Source: Eledone cirrhosa (lineage: Eukaryota). Taken from it: DNA of 64,000 nt. Under the pieces are notes generated by a model. It had not been told where the DNA came from and made no database searches. It worked only from the letters and a program-made list of their open reading frames with translations. The translations under genes and the position numbers were made by a program. Within the stretch, counting starts at the first letter, position 1. Each line of letters starts with the position of its first letter. Location of the stretch: positions 169,198,001 through 169,262,000 of the forward strand of contig OZ024742.1 of the NCBI GenBank assembly GCA_964016885.1, read 5' to 3'. This document shows positions 24,365 to 35,565 of the stretch, in pieces.

Positions 24365-25030
24365 TTTTTTTTTTTTAGTTTTTTTAAACACTTTAGTCTT
24401 TATTGTGTTGTATCAGATGAAAGAATGGTATTTAACTTATATATTGGTACGCGATGGGACCCACCTACAGCCCCGGCGGACAGAATGGAGAAGGTGTTTC
24501 CCCGGAGGACGGCAAGGGAGTCGCGCTGGAAAAGCCGCTCCAACTCGCGGGGCTCACACCTGCAGCTGGCCAGCTCAGCACCTATGGTGGTGAGTAAGGA
24601 GGTAGCCCTGGGGCTGAGGACACCCAGAAGTCTCCACTGCCAGGGGAACGACCGCAAACCTGTCGGAGAGAGACCGGTATTTGAGGAGTTTGGCCCCCTC
24701 AGCCCAACGTGCAGCAGAACCTGGGTCTGTCGCAGACTGCACCAGGTTGCGGCTGCAGAAAGTGTTGGTGCAAGTGGCATCCCAGACGAGGGGTTTGCCA
24801 CCACGGAACGGGAAGATGGTCGTGCCATCTGGCCTTTTGCCATCCCCTCAATCCAGCCCCACCGGCTCGAGCTGGGAAGGGAAGCCTGCAGCGTCCAAGC
24901 CATACTTAATGACCTCGTTGAGGGCAGCATGGTGTGGAATGCGACCGGCACTGTGGCGACAGGAAAGCGGATGGAGGCTGAAAGAGTCCACGGTGGAACC
25001 GCAGCGACATTGGTGTGGCTGGGACAAGAG
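24365..25030 (-). mobile_element. 3' fragment of a restriction-like-endonuclease non-LTR retrotransposon (CRE-like)
   Basis: GC-rich island. Minus frame reads HHAALNEVIK..L..AGFPSQLEPVGLD*GDGKRPDG.TIFPF..GK.LVWDATC..KY...PLAVET and ends QR.SLAVLRGN..SIL; A-rich tail at about 24365-24385. Confidence 0.78.
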
Positions 25031-25486
25031 ATGATTTTTCAGCCCATTATAAGTGTCAAGCAAAAAGGCAAAGAGTAGATATGGACTAGAGCTTAAAATA
25101 TAATGACACATATTGTACATTATAATAACAATCAAATATTACATATATATCTTTAAGCCTGTAGCTAATAAGCAAGGTGATATTTGGATTCAGGACATGA
25201 AAATACATAAGAATTAAATAATCTCATTTAAGAAACACACAACTTTTCAAAAATTGTTTCTACTTTAGGCACAGGGCCAGGCCAGTAATTTGAAGGGAAG
25301 GGGAACATTGATTAAATCGACCCCAATATATTACTGGTAGAAACAATAACAACAACAAATAAACAGTAGAAAACAATAACAACAACAAATAAACATTTTG
25401 TACATATTTTGGGTCTTTGTTATTTTTGTTTGTTTTGTTTTTTTCCTTTTTTTCTTCCAATGTAAACAAAATAATTGTATACTAAC

Positions 25487-25636
25487 TTGAGGGTGAAAAC
25501 AATCGTAAGTTCTCGTTTTGTTTTTTCTTGAAACCGTTTCATCAGAATGGAGATTAACTCAGTCTTAAAAACAGATTCCAACAAACTTTCATATTGATTT
25601 TGAACAAAAATCACAAACATATCATCTTGTAGTGGA
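25487..25636 (-). CDS. MYO1E: Myosin IE/F-like exon 8 of 8 in window (TH1)
   Basis: PLQDDMFVIFVQNQYESLLESVFKTELISILMKRFQEKTKRELTIVF; AG/GT bounded, 150 nt, in phase with the previous exon. Confidence 0.92.
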
Positions 25637-25799
25637 CTGAAAAAGAAGTAAATTTATATTGTAGACATCTACATAATGATACAAGTTGTTAACATGATAC
25701 CAGTCTATAATCTTCATTGAAGAAGCAGAAAATTTATGGTCTTTAGAACTCAGGACAAAATACCTTGCACTATACCTTCAGTCTTTTTTGTTATTCTTT

Positions 25800-26015
25800 T
25801 GGAGGTGGATTGGCAGTATCAGTAGATAGGCGGACACCAAGCTTTGCAACATAGAGTTACGGCCTTTTATGGTCTGAGTTCAAATCCTGCCAAGGTTAAC
25901 TTTGCCTTTCATCCTTATGAGGTCAATAAAATAAAGCACCAGTAACATACTGGAGTCAATTTAATCAACTTTCCCCTCCCCCCCAAATTAATGGCCTTGT
26001 GTCTATATCAGAATT
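25800..26015 (+). mobile_element. tRNA-derived SINE, family 1
   Basis: ggattggcagtatcagtag...gagttcaaatcctgccaaggttaactttgcc. Confidence 0.8.
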
Positions 26016-27913
26016 TATTCTTTTGGAGGTTAATAAAATATAGAGCCCATTCAGAGTAGTGGATTTGTGGCAGGGCTGGCATGCTTATGATATCATAGGA
26101 AGAGAGCCCCCATTTTATACAAATCAAATGTATTTGTCATTTCAAAAACGTTTTTTGGCAAACTTTATATGGGGGGAAGAGAAGTACCATAATCTTTTAA
26201 GTGCTTAGGGCATGAAAAGGACTTAATCTGGCCCAGATTCACAAAATACCTATTTGATCTGGTACTTTCCATTCTGAGTTCAAATCCTGTTGCAGCCTAG
26301 TTGGGTGGTAGATTTTATCTATCTCCGAATTTAACACCACCACATTGTCTTTGTGTGTCTTTAGCAGAGTCCACCCACTTTAATGACCCTATCTCTCCCT
26401 TGAGTGTCTTTAGCAGAGTCCACCAAGTTTAACATCATCACCTAGTCCTTGAGTGTCTTCAGCACAATCCACTTTGTTGAAAGCATCGAGGCCAGATCTC
26501 CAGTTTGAAAACACCACCCTCCTTCACAAACATCATGCTTAGAAGCCCTGAAAAATGATTTGAGTGCTGCCTTTTCTTTTCTGACTAAGTCATTAAAATA
26601 AACAAAAACTGATACAGTATCAAGGGGACTCTTTAGTCATCCTATAAGGAGCAACCTCCCTAATGCCAGTGGCATAATAAAATGCACACAGTATACTCTA
26701 TAAACTGACAAGTAAGAGCAAGGATATCCAATCATAGAAACTAATCCAAAAAGTGGAACATGTGTAAGGCTGGATATTACAAGTCACATTGCAGGCTGCC
26801 ATCTCAAATAAGAAATGACAAATGGTAAAGGGGACTCCTTAGTCCTCCTGTCTTAGTCAACACTGTAAGACACCAATTAACCAACTTTCCACAACATTGA
26901 GATGCCACTCTTGACGTTTTTGCAGTCAGCAGGTTGCCACTGGTCTTTTATCCTCCATCATTCATAGAAGGATTGCAGTTTCTAGTCCTGTCCAATCCTA
27001 GATGTTGTTCAACAAGGATTTTCGTTGTCTGCCTCTTCCTCACCTTCTCTCAACTGTATGCTGAATGATGGTTTGGAACAGGAAGTTGTGGCAGGATATG
27101 TAACCATACTAAGTAAGCGGCCATTATTTTTATCATGTCCAGCTGAGGTGCATGCCTGACAACATATTTGTTGATTTTCTACTAGATAAGGTTATTTGTC
27201 TTGATAGACACACAGTCAAAAAATGACATTCAGGACATGAAACAATGTGTGTGTGAGTACATGTATGTCTGTATATGTGCATGTAAATACTCAGTTTGGA
27301 GCATGAGTGCATGGTTAGCCCACATGGAGTGAGTGACCTCTAGTTCCTGTTAGGACATCATTCTAGGAGAAGGAAAACTGATGTAAAACCTACAACTCAA
27401 TGGCAGCCAGTTATGTTGATCTGTTCTTCTTTTTGGATACGTGTCACCATTGTTTAAAGAATGGAATTGATCCAGTTCAAGGCCTTTCGTCACTTAAAAG
27501 CATCAACCACAGGCATCACTTGATCTAAACGACTTTCACGTGTTGCATAAGCATGACCTTTTCTTTTCTCTTTCACTGCAGCATATGCAGAAAGGAATCT
27601 AAGTCCTTGGGAGGGTTAAAAAGTCATGAATGAGAAAAGTCATGTATGAGAAAAAGTGTCAAGGAATGGCAATTTTCAAAGCTGAAATGCAGTTTTTATG
27701 TGTGTATGCATGCTTCTATGTGTGTATGTGCATACATACATATGTGCGTATATATATGCACATGTGTTTTATGTACATATATATACATTTACGTGTATAA
27801 ACAGCAGAATAAGCACTCAATACTGAAATACAGTTTGTTTATTCATTAAAGATTGGGAGTATTTTCCTTTCTTCTCAGACAGACAAATTTAATAAAAGAA
27901 AATGTTTTATCAC

Positions 27914-28059
27914 CTTAACATTAATTTTTGAATGTCTTGTAAAGGGATTTTCCTTTTGATCACTTCAGTAAGAGTCCCTTTCTGTGGTCCTTTCTTCATT
28001 TTCTCCCGACCAATCAAGTACAAGTGTTTCGATGTCAAAAGCAGGTCTCTTTTCATTGG
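27914..28059 (-). CDS. MYO1E: Myosin IE/F-like exon 7 (TH1)
   Basis: [40 protein letters not shown]; AG/GT bounded, 146 nt. Confidence 0.93.
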
Positions 28060-28373
28060 CTGCAATAGAAAGCATTGTTTATTTAATCATCACTATCACC
28101 ACTACCATCATCATTGTGGAAAGCCCCAGTTGTCAAGGAAGCTATTCATCTAGTGGTGAAAGTATAGACATGTGGAGTTTAACATAAAATGAATTGTAAT
28201 AGAGAAGCCAGCAAACACAGACTGTGATCAGAAACAAAAATCTCAAATCCTATGGCATGGTTAACTGAGATGGTTGCTGTCTCTCCATTGAGACTTAGTA
28301 CAAGAATACTTACCATTGTCTTTAGGCTGATCACAAAACTTCAGCTCCAGATTACCAGTCAACAAAACACTCA

Positions 28374-28601
28374 TTAATCCTTTCATTACAACCAAACAAC
28401 CTGAAAACAATCCTGGTTCTATTAAATAAAACCACTCCTATTTAAATTAAAGTTGTCCAACATAATCTTATATATATAAATAGCCCTATGTTAAGTTACT
28501 GTCTTAGTAATGAAATAACAATTTTAGTACATTCCTCAAAATGTTTCCATAATTAATTGGAAGAGTGTATTACATTAGAAATACTGTAATGAAAGGCTTA
28601 A
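28374..28601. mobile_element. piggyBac-like MITE
   Basis: ttaa-tcctttcattac ... gtaatgaaaggc-ttaa: short TIRs flanked by TTAA. Confidence 0.55.
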
Positions 28602-28606
28602 TTACA

Positions 28607-28792
28607 TAATTGTTTCTACTTTAGGCACAAGGCCAGCAATTACCCAGTGCATTACTGGTACTTTATTTTATCGACCCCATAAGGATGAAAGGCAAAGTCA
28701 ACCTCGGCGGGATTTGAACTCAGATCGTAAAGGGACGTAACTATGCTGGAAAGCATGGCGTCCGACCCTCTACCGATACTGCCAATCCTTCT
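28607..28792 (-). mobile_element. tRNA-derived SINE, family 1
   Basis: gggatttgaactc (reverse B-box) within the conserved family sequence. Confidence 0.85.
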
Positions 28793-29249
28793 ACATGCCA
28801 GTCTATATTGAGTGAGCTGAGTTAGTAAGACCCAAATTACTTGACCATGTACACAACACAGCATTGGTAACAGTATATGGAGAGTCAACATCTACACATT
28901 GTGTCAATATATCCAATTGATGTTCATACACTGTGTCAATATATTAAGTTAGGAATGGATCTCCATCAGTTTCAACAATGAGTGTTCCAGTTATTCAATC
29001 TCAACAGAACTGCTTGCTCGTGAACATTCAACTGACACATGTACTCCTAATATAATTCTCAGGGAGATTCAGTATGATATTGTATGTGACATGGTTGGCC
29101 CTTTAAATTATAGGTGCAGTCCAACTGATGAGATTCCAAATAGTTTCTGTCTGCCCAATTTCACTGACAAGACATGGCTTGAGTGAAGGCTATGGTAAAT
29201 GGTACTTGGCTATGCTATATCCACATTTACATATTGTAATGGTCTAGTC

Positions 29250-30181
29250 CAAAGGTTCTCAACGGGGGGCATATGAACCCACGGGGGCGTTTCTGAACTC
29301 CAGGGAGGGCGTTTGGGAGCAAGGGGGCGCTAGGGTGGGGGTGGGGGCGTTTGGAGTTTGGGGGGCGCTGGAAGGCTCTTTACTTTGGTAAGTTTTATAA
29401 GCCATATTTGTATGTCTTTGAGACAGCCAGTGTGAATGCATTTGAATGAGCATGCAGACAGCATAACTATGGTCTGACCGCAGCTGTGAGCAGGTGTGCA
29501 GGCATGTCTAGACATTAACCGGCAATTGAGATCCTAAAAATGGAAAAACCCACAGTCAACTGGGTCAAGGACACTTTGAGCGCAGCCAGTTAGAATCTTA
29601 TCTTTCCTTCACGATAACAATGTATTTCATGTCTGAAATTATTGACTCAACCATAACAAGTTAACACTATGTAGATCTATTTTATTCCCTATTGTATAAA
29701 TAATATGACAAATAAAAAAAGAAAAGAAAAACACAGACGTGGGTAGCACACACATCTGGGACCACATACAATACATAATCAGATAATATACACATCTAGG
29801 ACCACATACAACACATAAGCAGGTAATACACACATCTAGGACCACATTCAACACATAAGCAGGTAATACACACGTCTTGTATAAATGTTCAAAATAGCTG
29901 GTATCGCCTGGTGGGAATATAACAGATTCAACTGGTCCTTATTCATAAAAAAAAACATTTATGTTCCTTTTTTTTAAATTTATATATTTCCTTTCAAGGA
30001 ATGTATTTATACTCTCAGCTGCCTGCAATGGTATCTTTGGAATATTGTTAATCAATATTTTAGTAATCTACTGATATAAAAATCAGTAGTATATTGAAAA
30101 ATGGAAAAATAGGGTAGGGGGCGTTTCGTGATTTCGAGGGACAAAAGGAGGCATTTGGCCTAAATGGGTTGAGAACCTGTG
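29250..30181. mobile_element. Non-autonomous hAT (Charlie-like) element
   Basis: TIRs caaaggttctcaac / gttgagaacctgtg; exact 8-bp TSD GTCTAGTC at 29242-29249 and 30182-30189. Confidence 0.88.
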
Positions 30182-30261
30182 GTCTAGTCAATAACATCTA
30201 CACACATTGTCAATCTATCCAGTCAACATCTACACAAACATCAATTATTCATTGATCTACT

Positions 30262-30830
30262 TTAACCCTTTAGCATTTAAAATGGCCGTATCTGACCAGA
30301 ATTCTCTTACCTCTTTCTGTTCAAACTGGCTGTAACCGGCCACTCATACTTATGATAAGGTATTGTTCTCAAAATAAATAACATCGAAATCTCATAGATT
30401 CTATATCATATGAGATAATTATGTGAAGTAAAGACTTTACCATGAAAATACAATAGTTAATATAGTGTACTCATCATCATCATCATTTTACGTCCACTTT
30501 TCCCTGCTTGCAAGGGTGGGACGGGAACTGATTCTGGCTTGATTTCTACAGCTCGATGCCCTTCCTAACACCAACCTCATTTACAGTGAGTGCTGGGTGC
30601 TTTTTTGCCGTGGCACCTCCACGACCACTTTACAGTGGAATGATAGGGACCCCAGTCCCTATCATCTCATTTCTACAGCTGAGTAAACTGGAGCAATGTG
30701 AAATAAAGTGTCTTGCTCAAGGAAATAACACATCACCTGGTCTGAGAATTGAACTCACAACCTTTCGATTGCAAGGCCAATGCTCTAACCACTAAGCCAT
30801 GTGCCTCCATACTGTAAATGCTAATGGGAT
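30262..30830. mobile_element. piggyBac-like MITE containing an RTE-tail/SINE insertion
   Basis: ttaa-ccctttagcattt ... aaatgctaatggg. Confidence 0.5.
30485..30812 (-). mobile_element. Family 2 tRNA-SINE head fused to an RTE-like 3' tail
   Basis: tRNA-like head (gagaattgaactcacaacc...ctaaccactaagccatgtgcc) joined to the RTE 3' terminus (acgtccacttttccctgcttgcaaggg). Confidence 0.75.
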
Positions 30831-30895
30831 TGTAAAACAACTTACATTAATTTGCCAAAATATTTCCATGTATTGAAACTTATTTGTTTCCTTAC

Positions 30896-31065
30896 CTTAA
30901 ATCTGCGATCAAATTTATTCACAGTCTCAGCAAATTCAATTCGTTCTTTCTTTTCGATCAAAGCTAACAGAGCTGGTTTCTGTTCCATGCCAATGTAATC
31001 ACCCACAAAATTACGGTTGAGGCTGTGGGCTCGACGTTCTTTCTTATTCAAAAATATATCAGAAG
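30896..31065 (-). CDS. MYO1E: Myosin IE/F-like exon 6 (start of TH1)
   Basis: [31 protein letters not shown]...[13 protein letters not shown]; AG/GT bounded, 170 nt. Confidence 0.95.
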
Positions 31066-31225
31066 CTATTAGAAAAAGACAAGTAAAATAATAATAATAA
31101 TCTTCATAGAAAAACTGACAATGATGATCATCATCATCACCATTTAATATCTATTTTCGATGATGATGATAAAAATGTATATGTATGTATATATATATAT
31201 ATATATTCCATTTCCATTCCATTTC

Positions 31226-31567
31226 ATTTTACGTCTGCTTTTTCACTGCTTGCAAGGGTGGGAAGGGAAGTGATTCTGGCTTGATTTGTACAGCTGGATG
31301 CCCTTCATTTACAGTGAGTGCTGGGTGCTTTTTACCGTGGCGCCTACACGTCCACTTTACAGTGTGGGCTGGGTGCTTTTTTTGCCGTGGCACCTCCACA
31401 ACCACTATGTAGTGAAATGATAGGGACCCCAGTCATATCATCTCATTTCTACAGCTGAGTAAACTGGAGCAATGTGAAATAAAGTGTCTTGCTCAAGGAA
31501 ACAACACATCACCCGGTCTGAGAATTGAACTCACAACCTTTCGATTGCAAGGCCAATGCTCTAACCA

Positions 31568-31570
<3 letters not shown>
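31226..31570 (-). mobile_element. Second copy of the SINE/RTE-tail chimera
   Basis: Near-identical to 30485-30794 with one extra internal repeat unit. Confidence 0.75.
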
Positions 31571-31609
<39 letters not shown>

Positions 31610-31613
<4 letters not shown>

Positions 31614-32671
31614 GATTTACATATACACAAACTAGACAGAGTTATAGATATGTTTTTGGCAACCATTCACGGTGTGTATATGCATTTTGGTATATGCATA
31701 TGCATTTTTTCTTCTAACTTTAATTTTATACCTAATTCTGTATGGTTGACGATATATTTAATCGATTTCCACGTGCTATTGAAATGATCGGTAAATATTC
31801 TATGGCTGTTGATCGCATATAGATGGCAATCGTTTATTTATCTATTATTTCATCACAGGTGCCTTTTAATCTTATAGCCTCGTTTAATTGGTTTTTTGTG
31901 TGGTTGATTATGCTAATTGGGAGAGGAAATTGAGTATATATCCTATCAAATGATTCTAAGGACATAATTTAAAGTATATTGCTCTGATTATTTAATTTAT
32001 TAATTCATCATTGATCCACATCGTGAATGGTTGCCAAAATCATATATATATATATATATATATATATAACTCTGTCTAGTTTGTGTATATGTAAATCTTT
32101 ATATTTGATAATCTCCCATAAGTTTGAGATGCAATTTGGGCAATATTAGGCTGCGCTTTCTAGCAACCAGCCTACTAGCCATAAGGCACCAATCACATTC
32201 TTTCTGACTTGACCACTGCCACGTCACAGTTTTTGGCCATTTTGAATTCGTTTCTGGCAGGGATCATTTAAGAAAAATCTTTGTCCAAGTGAGTTTGTTT
32301 CCTGATGAGTTCGAAGCTCGAGAATTTATCTTTGATAGGATATTTCCGAAAGCGAACAAAACCCTAAGGGTAGAAACGTAATCCTGGTATGTGTATATGC
32401 ATTTTTTCTTCTAACTTTAATTTTATACCTAATTGTGTATGGTTGACGATATATTTAATCAATTTCCACGTGCTATTGAAATGATGGGTAAATATTCTAT
32501 AGCTGTTGATCACGAATAAATGGCTATCGTTTATTTATCTATTATTTCTTCACAGGTGCCTTTTAATCTTATAGCCTGGTTTAATTGATTTTTTTTGTGG
32601 TTGATTATGCTAATTGGGAGAGGAAATTGAGTATATATCCTATCAAATGATTCTAACGACATAATTTATAG

Positions 32672-32672
<1 letters not shown>
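31610..32672 (+). mobile_element. PLE pseudo-LTR-like element (inverted 5' segment plus partial tandem duplication) with a degenerate hammerhead
   Basis: 31610-31675 is inverted relative to 32015-32100. About 31690-31975 is repeated at about 32386-32672. (TA)n flanks. Confidence 0.7.
32297..32377 (+). ncRNA. Degenerate type I hammerhead (GAAA changed to AAAA)
   Basis: gtttc-CTGATGA-gttcg...cgaac-aAAA-ccctaaggg-TA-gaaac; all three helices pair. Confidence 0.7.
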
Positions 32673-32703
<31 letters not shown>

Positions 32704-33049
32704 TGAATTTGTATACCTGGCGATATATGGTATGTTTATAAATAAACATTTTGAAAGCCTTCAGCTATGAATTTGGAAACTGATGGTGTAGCACCATCTA
32801 GCGTGTTCCAGTAGAAACTAGGACAGGTAACTAGCAATAATGACATCATCATTTCTGACTCTGGTTATTATCAAGCTAGTGCTCTCTACCCCACTTGCCA
32901 CTGAAACTTAATATAGGCGAAAACAAATAGTTTAGAAGCCTATGTACATGGGCTGGCATATAGAGCTATCGGCTGGCTCAGCCAGAAAATAAAATTAGGG
33001 TGTTAGCTCTAACATAGCTTTCATATACACAGCTATATCATCTACAGTA

Positions 33050-33465
33050 AAAAGCACCCAGTCCACACTGTAAAGTGGTCACATAGGTGTCACAACAAAA
33101 AGCACCCAGTCCACACTGTGAAGTGGTTGTGTAAGGCAAAAAGTGCCCAGCCCACACTGTAAAGCAGTCGTGTAGGCATCACAACAAAAAGCACCCAGCC
33201 CACACTATAAGGTGATCGTGTAGGTGTCACGATAAAAAGTGCTCAGACCACACTGTAAATGTGGTTGCGTAGGCGTCACAACAAAAAGGACCCAATACTC
33301 ACTGTAAATGTAGTTGGCATTAGGGAGAATAACCAGCTGTAGAAACCAAGCCCAAATCAGTTCTGAATGAGCAAGACACGGTCACCTGACCTAGCATTGC
33401 CCACAACAGGTCAACTCTTCTAACCCATGCTATCGTGGAAAAATGGACGTAAAATGGTGATGATA
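33050..33465 (+). repeat. RTE 3' UTR with about 6 tandem 40-45-bp units
   Basis: Repeated aaaaagcacccagtccacactgtaaagtgg followed by the RTE terminus and GAT tail. Confidence 0.8.
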
Positions 33466-34844
33466 TATAACCAAATGGAAAAGTTATATGTATATATAGA
33501 GAGAGAAAGAGCCATATATTGTATAAAAAATACGGTGTGTTCAAATACATATTCTATAGAAGAATATGTATTTGGTATATATACAATATACCGTGTTTCT
33601 TATACAATATATGGCTCTTTCTCTCTCTCTCTCTCTATATATATATATCTTTTTCATTTTGTTATTATGGCTCTAGATATTGTCTATTGAGAAAAACAAT
33701 ATTATAAACAGCCAGATGGCTGGAACAGGCAAAAGAGTAAAAGAGTATATATATATATAAACTTACATAGGAATACAAGTGAAATCATAAACTCGCCATC
33801 TACATAAACCTCTTGTTGAGTCAAACAACTCGTACACTAAAACTATCTATAATAAAAAGTATTCACAACCTCTAACTGAATTACCTATAATGATATTTGT
33901 TATCCCTTGTATATATATATATACATACATATAGTTCATATGAATAAACTTAATGAAAATCTGACACCTCGTCCATAGTTATAGCTATATATATATATAT
34001 ATATATATAAATATTCATATGCATATATATTCAGATATATATATATAAGAAAAAGAAACATTTAAGGGGAGATAACTGGTATTTGTAAACGGGCTTCAGG
34101 TACTGATAGTATTGCTATCCCAATAACATGTCTGGACAATGTGGGAGAACATCTCTGGTATGCAGAACCCTACTGCATGGCGGGTCATGGTCCCAGCGCA
34201 CAGAATAGTGAAAGTAATATTTATATATAGTACTACTCTCGGGTCCCAAATAATGGGAGGGGGGTATAAACGGAAGTGGGGATGGGAAATCGGTAATTGT
34301 ATAGTGTGCGTTCAGAAATATAGGATTTCTTGTAAGTGTATAGTGTACGTTCATAAATACGGGATTTCTTGTAATGTTCTCTTTTTTTTTTTTTTTTGTC
34401 ATACATAATGTTTTTTTTTAATTTTTGTAAAATTTTTGTAAAATACAATTATTATTAGATTCTCCAGTTGCTGTATTGATATGAATTACTGGCAATAACA
34501 TTTCGCCAGAGATAGATTAGAAAAATTTAATAAGGGTGAGTGGTGGAATAAAAGCGGAGGAAGAGATCTGAAAAATTAAGGAGGGGAACGATTATTCAAG
34601 ACCTGAGAATAACTAATGAGTTGAGAGATTTAAAGGGGAGATAACTGGGATTTATAAATAGAGTTATCTCAAAGATGGTCATGATAGATAAAAGGGTGAG
34701 ATAACTAGAATTTTTATATCCAAACATCTAAAAAAAATTATAGATTTACGTTCTAAGAAAAATTAAGAGATTTAAGGAGGACATAACTGGAAAATATCAT
34801 TAAAAAAATATACGTCGTCTTTTATTCACGGTTGTATAAAAATA

Positions 34845-35230
34845 TAATTGTTTCTACGTTTGGCACAAGGCCAGCAATTAACCAGTGCATTACTGGTACT
34901 TTATTTTATCGCCCCGTAAGGATGAAAGGCAAAGTTAACCTCGGCGGGATTTGAACTCAGAATGGCAAAGGCCGTAACTCTATGCGTCAAAGCATGGCGT
35001 CCGACCCTCTACCGATACTGCCAATCCACCACCTTTTAAATATAATTGTTTCTACTTTTGGCACAAGGCCAGCAATTACTCAGTGTATTACTGGTACTTT
35101 ATTTTATCGACCCCGTAAGGATGAAAGACAAAGTTAACCTCGGCGGGATTTGAACTCAGAATGGCAAGGGCCGTAACTCTATGCGTCAAAGCATGGCGTC
35201 CGAGCCTCAACCGATACTGCCAATCCCCAT
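34845..35230 (-). mobile_element. Two head-to-tail family 1 SINEs (local tandem duplication)
   Basis: 34845-35034 and 35042-35230 share private variants (cagaatggcaa, ctatgcgtcaaagc). Confidence 0.85.
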
Positions 35231-35565
35231 TTTAAATATAATAATATAATGCTTACAGAACGAAAACACAGACAATATATAAAAATATAAACGCATAAAA
35301 GGGAGATAGAACATAAAAAAGGGTGGGGGGTGCAATTCACCACCAAATGCGACAATCAGTCGCACATGATATCATAAGGGCTAACTCAGCAATACCATAA
35401 CTGGTATTTTTATATCTAGCTAGTTAAACAGCAAATAAGGATACACGACTAATATAATATAATATATTTGAGGTTTTTATCAATATATTTTATTTTTTGA
35501 ATTGTGATTAATTTCCGAGTATAATAGTTATAAAATAAACACCACCAACACCACTGTCACCACAA

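Larger units (their letters stand above)
19380..25258 (+). mobile_element. Decayed Chapaev3-type (CMC) DNA transposon split by nested insertions
   Basis: Left end CACTGATCAACAA. Transposase remnants LLGSRLQQWNLL, WRLFIDSSKASLKGVLLHNGN, CCFLCEWDSRA, LPPLH.KLGLMKNFIK, LSDAKIKEGVFIGP, DSHLDFFPENCG. The frame breaks near 20240 and resumes near 23678. Family assigned from motif recall. Confidence 0.75.

Noticed and set aside
24278-25078. 266-aa plus-strand ORF
   Set aside because: Antisense shadow of the GC-rich CRE-like retrotransposon fragment.
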